Notes under the pieces: generated by a model
Seen by the model: only the letters and a program-made list of their open reading frames with translations
Told to the model about the DNA's origin: nothing
Databases searched by the model: none
Made by a program: the position numbers and the translations under genes
NCBI GenBank assembly: GCA_032718475.1
Contig: JAUCBJ010008373.1
Coordinates: forward strand, 1-64,000
Direction: 5' to 3'
DNA: 64,000 nucleotides
Origin: Nemertoderma westbladi
Taxonomy: Eukaryota > Animalia > Xenacoelomorpha
Shown here: positions 26,112 through 37,459 of the stretch, piece after piece
How the letters are laid out: every line of letters starts with the position of its first letter
Position numbering within the stretch: the stretch's first letter is position 1

Positions 26112-26704
26112 GAGAATGGAATCAGTGTATGAATTTACAATGTTAATTATGTTTAAATCAATTAAAAATACATTTATTAACGCAAATCACTTGGAAAAAA
26201 TAAAAAACTATAATGGGATGGGGTACATGGATTCCAGATATCTAATTTCTGTGCAAAATAACTTTAATCGTATGGTGCTAAACAATTAATTTCCATGGAG
26301 AGATCGTTCAAAATGACTCAACCATACAATTTAGCTGAAGATATTAACTTCGATTATGGCTTCCGACATTTATGGCTTCCGACACACACACACACACACA
26401 CACACAGACTTTTGAGAAACGGCCATAGTATAATTATATCAGTTCGCTGATGGCTCGCCATACGTGTCTCGCCCCACATAGCTTGGTAGTGGGAACCAGT
26501 CCCACCTCACCACTATTCAAGCAAAGTTTAATTACATCTATATGACAAGCATCTGTGTAAGGAAATGAGCCAGACTAATAAGACAGACTCTTGCTTATTG
26601 TTTATCTTGCAAATTGATTGGCTGATTATTTAATCGTGATTTTTAAGAAAAATTTGCCATATAATTTCGTCGAGGTTATGGTAAATTAATACCGTAATTC
26701 AGTA

Positions 26705-27480
26705 TCATTACTGGCTCCAAGCCATTCCATCCGAGAGTCTAGTCCTACACTTCCTAGACAAGGAATTCAGGCTCTCCTTGGAGTATTGGCTTGGCGTCCA
26801 CATGACTTCAGGACCTTCACCCTGCCCGCCCAAGGCCATCTGAACAATTATAGATGTTATTTAGATGGCATTGACACTGCCCCACCTGCTCCACCCCTGC
26901 AGACGCCTTTTGGGGACCACCACGTTGGCTGTGGCGGCGAGGGAGTCAGGGTCACCCGCCATGACTCTGACTCGCTCCGGACTGCTGCATGTATCTTCCA
27001 ATCAGCTCAATCTGATGCTCTAGCGCCCCGGAGTGAAGTCCCTGGTTTGATATCTGGCTCACGTAGTCGCTCTACTGATGTGTACCTCCCAAATTGGAAG
27101 AGGGGTCAACTCATGGCCCTGGACGTCACCGTTATCTCCCCTCCCCAATCCCGAACCATCTCACAAGCCGCCACCACAGCTGAACATGCACTCTCCATTG
27201 CCCGGGAGCGAAAACTCGCTGCTCACTTGGAGGAGTATCGCAATTCAGTTGTGTGATTCACCCCCCTTGTGATGGAAGCTCTGGGACGATGGGATCCCAC
27301 TCCAATGCCATCATTCAGGAAATCGCGAGTCTGCAGAGCCTGCGCTGTGGCATTCCCGTGTCCGATTCAGTCAACCACTTACAGTATTTGAACGCCTGTC
27401 TGTGTCCTTGTGGCGTGGGAATGCCGCAATGTGGCTCCGCAGAAGCCCAGTTTTCCCTCCCTTTGTGGATGGGATCCAGT
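26705..27480 (+). mobile_element. 5'-truncated CRE-like non-LTR retrotransposon fragment (restriction-like endonuclease end)
   Basis: Frameshifted translation WLQAIP..FR..YWLG, FGDHHVGC..RVTRHD, SRSTDVY..W..G..ALDVTVISP, FTPLVMEALG.W, RLSVSLWRGNAAM. Confidence 0.75.
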
Positions 27481-28019
27481 GAGGTGGGCCCCCCGGCCAT
27501 TCAGACACCTACTGGGATCCATCCACAGAGCAATCTAAGTAAAGTACAATACTTTAATTTTAGATTAGGTGCATGCCCAAACTTACTTACTTCGTTAATT
27601 TTGTTAATTTGTTTTATCTTTAAGGAATAATAACAATAACAATTTAATTAGCTGGGTTATCAATACTATCGGCATAAGGTAGAGTTTTAATATTTCTTAC
27701 AAATTGGGTCGCCTCTTTTTTTCTTTAAAAAAACATATTTCTTTTAATGGAGTAATACGTGCCTTTCATCAATCTTCTGTGCGCCTTTGGGTTAGGGTGG
27801 TGCAAAGTAAGAGGGGGGTTGAAGAAGGGGAGTAACTTTCCCCTCTCCTTTGCTAAAATACACTAGACAGCTAGAGGGAAAAATACACTGGAAGTGAGGA
27901 TACAGTAGGTAAATTTACAGATTTATAGCCGCGGCTGGATTTGCACACAGTGAAAATTGATAATTGCAGTGGTGAATTTTCACTGGAGGGGGTTAACATA
28001 GGCTACCAATTAAAGTCAT

Positions 28020-29095
28020 CCCAAAATTGATGAAAATTTCACCAAAAAAATTATTTTATACCAAATTAAATAATGTGACCCCAAAAAAATTATTCAACAC
28101 CAAATAAAATAAAGTCACCCCAAATAAAATTATTCAAACACCAAAATAAATTTTTCAAAACCCAAAAAAATTATTCAATACCAAAACAATTATTCAATAC
28201 CAAAGTAAATAAATGCTCCCCAAAACCAATTATTAACACCAAAATAAATGACAAAACCCCCAAAAAATTACAAATTTTCCCAAAACAAATACATTTTCCC
28301 CCAAAACAAATACATTTTAGCCCAAAATAAATACATTTTCCCCCAAAACAAATACATTTCCCCCCAAAACACTACTACTATTAGGATCGGCATGCTGCAT
28401 TGCAGCTGCATTTTTAACAATGCTGTGCCGGATTATCGACAAAATTGCACCGCCACAACTCCCTATCACCCATGACATTTGCTAGATCATCCGAATCTTC
28501 AAGGCCAGTGTCCTTTAAGATGCGCCTCAAGAAAGTCATGGGCTGCCCACCATGCTTATTCACTCCATGAGGCTGCCAAAGTACAAGATTATGCACTGGC
28601 TGGTCCTCACGGCGAAAGCAATGTCCTGCAAAGCGGAGGCGATTTTGTTCTAGTGTCAAGCTTGGGGGAACCAATGAGACACCTCCAATGTTATACAGTA
28701 TAGTGTCTCGTTGGAGATGTGTGCATTGTACTTGACACAATGAACCCGGCATAGCATTCTTGTGAATGTGCCATCCAGAGATTTGGTGTCCTCAGAAGTT
28801 AGAGCCCAGCATGGACTCCCATAGAGGAGTACTGGAACTACTGCTGCTCTAAATAATCGGACCTTAAGTTTCCAATTAATTCTCGGTGACTTCCAAATCC
28901 TGGAAAGCCTATTCAAGGCTGCCCATACCTTTCCCTTACGTATTCGAAGGTCCTCACCTGACTTCCGGATCCATGATCAAACAAATACATTTTAACCCAA
29001 AATAAATACATTTTCCTCCAAAACAAATACATTTTGCCCCAAAATAAATACATTTTAGCCCAAAATAAATACATTTTCCCCCAAAACAAATACTA
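28020..29095. repeat. Degenerate 20-21-bp tandem array (CCCCAAAACAAATACATTTT) interrupted by a LINE fragment
   Basis: Copies at 28020-28370 and 28979-29092 on both sides of the RTE insert. Confidence 0.8.
28371..28978 (-). mobile_element. RTE-clade LINE 3' fragment with (TAG)n tail
   Basis: KLKVRLFRAAVVPVLLYG..W, HISNETLY, RLRFAGHCFRR..P...VLWQP. Ends in TAGTAGTAG. Confidence 0.85.
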
Positions 29096-30674
29096 TACTA
29101 CTGCAGCAATAGGCCTCGCACTTCCTGGAAGTTATACAAAAACTTCAGTACTGCCGTAAGGCAGTGATTTTTTATGTCCTTTTATTTGACTTTTTTGTCC
29201 TCATTTTTTTAAGAATTGTGCATAATGACTTTTGTTGTCCCTTTAATGACTTTTGTTGTCCTTTAATGACTTTTTATGTATGTAATTCTTCAAACTGTCA
29301 GACTGCTGATTTCTGGACTGTCAGACAGTTGATTTCAACATACTGTACCTATGCCAAAACATTCAAAAATTGTTGATTTCTGGTCTGTCGGACAGTTGGT
29401 TTCACTATGCCTGTGCCAAAACATTCAAAATTCCATGATTTATAGACTATGAGATAGATTTCCATATGCGCCTGTGGTAAAAGATTCTAAATTTAATAGT
29501 TTGTGGTTGTTATCGATAATCGATTACCACATGACGTAGCAAAACACTCATTTTATAGCCAAAAACAATTACCAATTGATGGAAAGGAGCAGGTTAAGGC
29601 CGGATTTTCTAACCAAAACAATAAACAGTCACTTTACCAAATGAAGGAAAGGAGCAGGTTACTGAGGCTAGCCTTTCTAACCAAAACAATAAACGGTCAC
29701 TTTACCAAATCAGGGAAAGGAGCAGGTTACAGAGGCGGGATTTTCTAACCAAAACAACCGGTCAGTCGATAGACCTACCATTACCGTATTTAAATGGTAG
29801 GCTACACAGTGTAGGCCTACAGCAGTACCGGTGCCGGTACTAAAATACCTGCTTTATATTAACGTAAATTAACGTTAAATTAACGTCAAAATGTTTGCAG
29901 GGTATACCTACATCTGTACATACAATACAGCAATACTGCAAAATACTGTAGTGCTCTATATACTAATACCGGTTCTGATAGCCTGAGAGAACAGCAGTAG
30001 AGAATCCGGTAGCATGGAATCTAACGGTGAATTTCTGGAGGACATAAAAAGTAAAAAAAAACTAATACCGGTACTGATAGCCTGAGAGAACAGCAGTAGA
30101 GAAACCGGTAGCATGGAACCTAACGGTAAATTTCCGAGGACATAAAAAGTAAAAAAAAAGGACCATGAGCGATTTTAAACGGACAATAAAAGTTATTGCG
30201 CTGCCGTAATACTGAAATCTAATAACAGAATAAGTACAGGCCATAGGCAATAATAGATAGGCAATAAAATAGGCCTAGGTGCACTGAAACGGAAGAAGGC
30301 ATAACTGTAGGTATACTGTACATCTGTGCAAGCAGCTATTGGTGGCAGTGGGGAGATACCGTAATAGACCGCAATCATGTGCACTACTTGAGTTAGTTGT
30401 TTGTAACACCGTATAGTTCCATTGGGTAAAGCATCAACCCACGCAGCCGACACCATGGTCCATCATAAGAGGTGATGAGGCATGAGGAGCAAGTTGTAAT
30501 CCACCACGAGTTAGGGCTTGGGTAAATAAATATATTATCCTCCTCTAAAATATCACCTGTGATGTCTAACTCAGGGATTACCTTTACCAGGGCAGGAATC
30601 CTGCAACGTAAGTTGCTTCTTTGACAAAAGTGAAACCTGTATATTCGTCGTTATGGAATAAGAAAAGCAATAGG

Positions 30675-30895
30675 TGTTAGAGTAACCAATATGTAATTTA
30701 ATCAGATTAATTATATTGATTAATTATAATATACAACTGATTAGTCAGCTGTGCAGTAGGAGATAATTGTATGTTACACAGCTGTGCAGTTAGAGGTAGT
30801 AGGACAATATGCATAACGATGAAGAAGAATTAATTAATATATGAACTATAGTAAACTACAGTAATTGTTTTCTGATCCTGTGAGTAATCCTCACA
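30675..30895 (+). repeat. Gypsy 5' LTR
   Basis: Identical to 35552-35772. Confidence 0.95.
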
Positions 30896-30897
30896 TT

Positions 30898-30910
30898 TGG
30901 TGACCCAGCG
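30898..30910 (+). promoter_or_regulatory. Primer binding site, tRNA-Trp-like (TGGTGACCC)
   Basis: Starts 2 nt after the LTR. Matches the reverse complement of the tRNA-Trp 3' end for the first 9 nt. Confidence 0.7.
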
Positions 30911-30952
30911 ATTTCTTTCTTTTTTTTTAAATAAATTAGTTGCTATTGTCCA

Positions 30953-33900
30953 ATGTCTTTCACTGCTTACCGTAAGGCTGATCTGGCTGAAGTCCTCCAG
31001 CAACTGAACAGTTCTGATCCCAACTACTCGCTACCCGACAAGAAAGCCGACATGATCGATGAACTCAGCAAAGAGAATCCGGTCGCAATTAAGATTCTTC
31101 TGTCGCATATACAGAAGAGTCAAACGGTTCTACAGCCATCAGTACCTCATCCGCAAACACCACATTCGTATCCACAAAAGGTAAAACTACCCGAATTCTA
31201 TGAGAAAGACGCTAGAGTATGGTTCCAACAAGTGGAAGCCGTGCTTGAAGGACACCCAGCTGCAGCAATGAGATCCAATTTGTTGGCTGCTTTGCCAACA
31301 GAAACAATATTGGATGCTGGAGTCAACCTCAGTGATACTTTCGAGACGATTAAAGATAATATAATAAATCATTTGGCTGACAGCGACAACAAACGCCTGC
31401 GTAAATTACTTGCAGCTCAAGAGCTTGGTGACAGAAAGCCTTCAGCAGCCCTGCGGCAAATGCTGCGCCTAGCACCAGCAAATGAACAAATCGTACGTTT
31501 GCGTTTTCTAGAAATCTTACCATCCTCGGTCAGTATAGTTCTAACAACTTTGAGTGGTCTTTCACTGGAACAAATGGGTGATGTTGCTGATAAAATGATT
31601 AAGCAACAGGATTCCCAATCGTCAACTAGTTTATCCGCACCAATCCATCATCAGACTGAAATCAACATGCTCCAGGAGTCGCAAAAAATCCTTGTCCAAT
31701 CACAGAAGTCACTCGCTGATCAAATTTCGCAGATAAATACGCAACTAAGAGACCTCTCAACACGCCGAGATGGAGATCGTTCCCGTTCTCGATACAACTC
31801 ATCACGCTCTGGTTCTCGTTCAGCAACACCTCATCGTCAGCGCTCACATTCCCGCTCCCAATCTCGAGAATACAACCCAAATGGAGCCTGGTGTTACTAC
31901 CATTACACTTATGGCAGAGAAGCATCCACGTGTCGACCGCCCTGTTCATGGCGCAATCTAACAAACCGACGTTGTGGAAATCCAGGTAACTCTGACAGTA
32001 ATAATGAAAACAATAATACCGGTGGTAGTGATATTTGTAATATTCACGTAGAAGCTTTACCGGTAGGAGAATTTCTAATTGATTCTGGCAGTGGTTATTC
32101 TATATTACCCCAGAAATTCCAATCCCTTCTGAAAAATAAATCCCAGAATAATGTCCTGTTGAAAGCAGCTAATTATTCTGAAATACGAAATTATGGGAGC
32201 GGAATACTTGAATTTTATATTCCAACCCTTAGAAAGGAACCATTTACTTGGAATTTTATAGTGGCAGACGTAACACAACCCATTCTTGGAATTGATTTTC
32301 TCCGACACAATAATATCAATATTGATTGTGCGAGTAAACAAATATATTTCAAAACTCCAATGAAAATGTCGATTCAAAACGAAAACAATAAACCCAATAA
32401 AAAACAAGAACAACCCTCAAAAATCAGCAACCAGAATCAATCCAACTTTATCTACAGTACGACTTCTAACATGACCAGAACCCCACATATATTTTCAGTA
32501 ACTGGTGGCAGGAATTATCGTTTAAAGCTAATAGTGATGATTTTAATGATTCTCTCTATTTTTTACCCTTTAGCATATTGTGTTAGCAAGTTACCGTTAT
32601 CCATATTTGCCTTACCTTTCTTCTTTATATTTGGTACTGGTGCGATATTAGGTTTAACATTGGATTGTTTTACAATTGGTGATGAACTATTTGGTTATGC
32701 AGGACCGCCCAAAGTAGACATTAGTAGTAAATCGTCTGATTTTTGGTTTCCAATTTCAACTGTTTCAAGTAAGGAAATTAATAAGGAAATTTCAAGAGTT
32801 AACTTAATCAATTCAAATACCAAAACAAGGTTAAATAAATTGTTAAATAAGTATGATACTGTTTTCTCTCTGAGATGTAAAAACGAACCAGTAAAACATA
32901 ATATAGAACACCATATAATCACTAGCGGACCTCCGTGTTTTTCTAGACCGCGTAGATTATTTGGTGAAAAATTAACCGCCGCAACTTCCGATTTTAATAA
33001 TTTAGTTAAAAATAGCATTGCAGAACGCAGCGATTCGCCATGGTGTTCTCCGTTGCACATGGTACCAAAATCTGATGGTACTTGGAGAAATTGTGGTGAT
33101 TATCGTCGCTTAAATCGGCAAACTGTTTATGACTGCTATCCTATGCCAAACATAGCAGACATAAGCAATAACTTTAGGGGCTGCACCGTCTTTACAAAAA
33201 TAGATCTCGAAAAAGCTTTTTACCAAATTCCTATGGCGGATGATGACGTAAAAAAAAACTGCTATTACTACACCTTTTGGTATGTTTTGTTTTAAAAGAA
33301 TGCCTTTTGGTCTCAAAAACGCAAGCCAAACCTTTCAACGATTAATTGATACTGCTCTTTCAGGTTTACCTTTTGCTGTGGGTTACATTGACGATATATT
33401 AATCGCAAGCCCAAACGAAGAACAACATTTTAAGGACCTGGAGGCAGTACTAAAACGATTTGAGAGTTACGGTTTGAAAGCCAAAATATCAAAGTGTTCA
33501 TATTTTCAAACTGAAGTACAATTTTTAGGTTACGTGATATCTAAAAATGGCGTTTCCCCAAATCCATCCAAAATTCAAGCGATAAAAGAAGTACCACAAC
33601 CCAAATCTATTTCTTCATTGCGTCGATTTTTAGGAATGTGTGGATTTTACCACCGATTCATACCAAATTTTTCATTGATAGCTGCACCACTCACCGACCT
33701 CACTAGAAAAATAAATAAGTCCAAAAACGAAAATTTTGAACTTACTTTAGATGCGCAACTTGCCTTTAGCAATTTAAAAAGTGCTTTAGAAAAGTCAATA
33801 ACTCTGTCTTTCCCTTTGAAAGGAGCACCTCTAAGTATAACAACAGATGCTTCTTCCATTGCGTTAGGTGCAGTTATTCATCAGTTGGTTAACGGGAGAG

Positions 33901-35405
33901 CAGAGCCATTAGCTTTCTATTCTAGAAAATTAACAGCTGCAGAATCAAAAAAATCAGCTTTTGATCGAGAACTTCTTGGAATTTATGCAGCATTAAAACA
34001 ACACGATTGGTTACTTGGCCAAGAAATAACAATTTTTACAGACCATAAACCTCTTGTGCATAGTTTAACAATGAAAAATCCTTCGCCACAACAATCTAGA
34101 TGGTTATCCTACATTTCAGAGTTCACAAGTAAGATTGAACATGTTTCTGGTTCCGATAATATTGTGGCTGACGCCCTTTCTCGTCCTATATGTGCCATTT
34201 CATTCGACAATTTGGAAGAATTAGCCGACGCACAATCAGCTGATAGTGACTTACAATCATTTTTCCGCTCAACTAATTTACCTTTAAAAAGAGTGAAAGT
34301 TCTTGGCGACAAAGAGGTAGTTTACGATGACTCTACGCCCCATCTAAGACCATATATTCCGATGACATTAAGACGCCAAATTTTTGACAGTATTCACAAT
34401 TTATCCCATCCAGGTCCCAAAGAATCGTCACATTTAGTTACTGCTCGTTTTATATGGCCAGGTGTTAAAAAGCAGGTAAAAGTTTGGGCTAACGAATGTC
34501 AGCATTGCCAAACTTGTAAAATTACACGCCATATTAAAACTCCAATAGACACAATACCTACTTCATCTAGGTTAGACACCGTACATATAGATATCGTAGG
34601 TCCATTACCTCCATCCAATGGCTATAAATACTTATTCACAGCGGTAGATAGATACACCAGATGGCCCGAAGTAGTACCTTTAAGAAATATAACTGCAGAT
34701 ACAGTAGCTACTGCTTTCTTAAATTCTTGGATAAGTCGATTCGGTATTCCCCGCAAAATAGTTACTGACCGCGGTTCACAATTTGAATCAGCTTTATTCT
34801 CCGCCCTGATTTCACAATTAGGAATTGATCGCGCACGTACTACTGCATATCACCCTTCCTGTAATGGCCTTGTCGAACGATTTCATAGGAGTCTTAAAGC
34901 ATCACTTAGGGCAAAATGTTGCAGTAGAACATGGTTTAGAGAACTACCTTTAGTGCTTTTAGGTTTGCGATCCGCAATAGGAGTACATGGATTTTCTCCG
35001 GCCCAATTGATGTACGGAACTGAATTACTCCTCCCAGGTCAATATTTTCTACCTGAATCAAATACCTTAGACCAAACGTTGCCCAATTTTGTTGAAAATT
35101 TATTCCGTAAAGTTGATAAATTTAACCCACCAGAGAGAAAACATTTGACTAAATCATACCTTCCACAATCGCTTGAGAACGCTACACACGTGTGGGTTCG
35201 AGATCCTATTAAGCGATCTTCACTAAATCCTTTATACAAAGGACCTTACGAAATAATTAGTAAAACAGCGAAAACAGTCAAAATTAAAATTCATAAAGGT
35301 GAAGAAACATTGTCTCTAGATAGAATAAAGCCTGTAGTGAAACCTCAAAAATTAGACGATCGCAATAATAATGTTATTAAGAAAACAGTAAGTTTTAGGT
35401 TATAG
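30953..35405 (+). CDS. Gypsy gag-pol (gag, PR, RT, RNase H, integrase); single +1 A in homopolymer at 33250-33258
   Basis: WFQQVEA/LGDRKPS gag, FLIDSGS protease, SPWCSPLHMVPK..GDYRRLN, YIDD, TDAS..RELL..TDHKPL, HPG..CQHC, HIDIVGPLP, TDRGSQF, GPY. Removing one A restores VKKTAITTPFG. Confidence 0.92.
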
Positions 35406-35537
35406 TAATCAGTTATTTTTGAGTCTATTTCACTTTCAATCTCATTAGGTTCAGTCTAACTTTAATGAGCCTTTAATGATACTCTTGTTTATCTCATATT
35501 TAGTGTAAATATTTATTTAATAATGTGCTCCGCAATT

Positions 35538-35548
35538 AGGAAGGGGGG
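35538..35548 (+). promoter_or_regulatory. Gypsy polypurine tract
   Basis: AGGAAGGGGGG, 3 nt before the 3' LTR. Confidence 0.85.
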
Positions 35549-35551
35549 TCA

Positions 35552-35772
35552 TGTTAGAGTAACCAATATGTAATTTAATCAGATTAATTATATTGATTAA
35601 TTATAATATACAACTGATTAGTCAGCTGTGCAGTAGGAGATAATTGTATGTTACACAGCTGTGCAGTTAGAGGTAGTAGGACAATATGCATAACGATGAA
35701 GAAGAATTAATTAATATATGAACTATAGTAAACTACAGTAATTGTTTTCTGATCCTGTGAGTAATCCTCACA
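35552..35772 (+). repeat. Gypsy 3' LTR
   Basis: Identical to the 5' LTR and followed by TSD ATAGG. Confidence 0.95.
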
Positions 35773-37459
35773 ATAGGCTACTTGGAACTCCGATCGCTTC
35801 ACAAAAATGTCAGTATCGCGGCCGTATCCTGCGACCCCTTTAGCCACATAGAAACAACGGGTTCAGTCAGCTGCAAAACGCCCCCAATTAAATCTCGCTA
35901 ATTGAGCAACTGAAGTTGGCATTCCGCAATGGGAGGGAGTTCTCCTGGAGTGGGGGGTCGCGGTGGAACACCCGACAAGGGAAGTAGAATGGAGGTATTG
36001 TTGGTCAATGGTCGCAAGGAACCGCCAGGGACTTTCTTGTGCGGAATTCCCGCGGCTGCGCGGGACACTCTGGCCAATGTCAGAATGTTGAATACAAATG
36101 ACGGCAGTGCTTCCATAACTTAAACGGAGAGCCGTCATCTGCCTGCACTGCGTCGTGGTAGCGCGGCGATCCACTGATCTCGTTCGGCACCGACAGGAGA
36201 AATTTTCACTGCACGAACGTTCAGTAAACTGCAGAACTGTCTAGCTGTCTGTTTGTAGGTTAAGTATACTGGTATAATAAATCATTCTACGGTAGCAGTA
36301 CAGCTTACAGCAGTACTGCAGTATGAAATGAATGGACTTCGCTAGCGAAGTCGGATCAGGCAGTATGCCAGTCCTGTAGTATAGTAGTCCTTGTACGAAA
36401 CCTAATACAGTAATAACAGAATACGTTGTTCTGAAGGCAATAGGCCTATCGGTACGAATACTGTAAGTGAAGACTGAAGCATGCGCCCATGTAAAGAATA
36501 CCAGGATTGAATTTAAGATATTTCGTGCTGTAATTTTTTTTTTTTTTGGTTGACAAGTATTTATTTTTGGGGGAAAAATAATTGTTTTTGGGGGTAGAAT
36601 AATTGTTTTTGGGGATGAATAGTTGTTTTTGGTGAGAGGGATGTGTCCCATACTCAATATTTGGGGATGTGAATTGGGTCTACAAAAAATATATTAGGTG
36701 GAAAATAATTTATTTTCGTGTTAAATCATCTAATTTGGGGTGACATTCAATTAGTAGCGGTTGAAATACACTAGGGAAAAGAAAATACGCCCTGAGGAGT
36801 GAGAATACACGATCAGACGATAATGTAGCGTTAGCTCCAAATCGGTATAACCTTAGGCCCTGTGGCGTTAGGTACTGTAGCTTTAGGTCCTGGCGCAAAT
36901 ATCTGACTGGTGATTCTGTATTAATCTATTCTACAATATCCCTACCTCTCGTTTATTGTTTTGGTTCCTTTCAACTCGCCTCTGCCAGTCTGTAACCTGC
37001 TCCTTTACTAACCTGCCTGCCTGCCTGGTTTTGGATGTTGGAGGCAGACTGGACCTACTGACCTAATGGCACGGCCTTAACTGCCTAACGCTACCAGGAC
37101 CTAAAGTTACGGACCTAACGCTAACAGGACCTATAATGCCACGGACCTAACGCTACCATCAGGACTGCAGGACCTAATAGCCTAAAGCGCCAGGACCTAA
37201 CGCACTATAACCGAATACACTAGGTGCTAGGCAGCTAGGGAAATTTAACCGGGTCGAGTGATTTTGCATGGCGAGTGAAAATTCTCTGTTACACACCGGG
37301 TGTCGGTGATCTCTACTCAGCTACTCTATGGAAGGTTTTACGTTTTACCGTTCATCATCTAGCTAGCCGAGTACAGCAGTAGCCAGATACAGTACAGAGC
37401 TGCAGAGTGAGTCAGTCTGTTGGTGAAGTGTTCATTTATATTATTTTCATTTGTTAATT

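Larger units (their letters stand above)
30675..35772 (+). mobile_element. Full-length Ty3/Gypsy LTR retrotransposon, CsRn1-like, very recent
   Basis: Identical 221-bp LTRs (TG...CA). TSD ATAGG at 30670-74 and 35773-77. PBS and PPT present. CHCC gag motif CYYH..YG..A..CRPPC. Confidence 0.96.
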
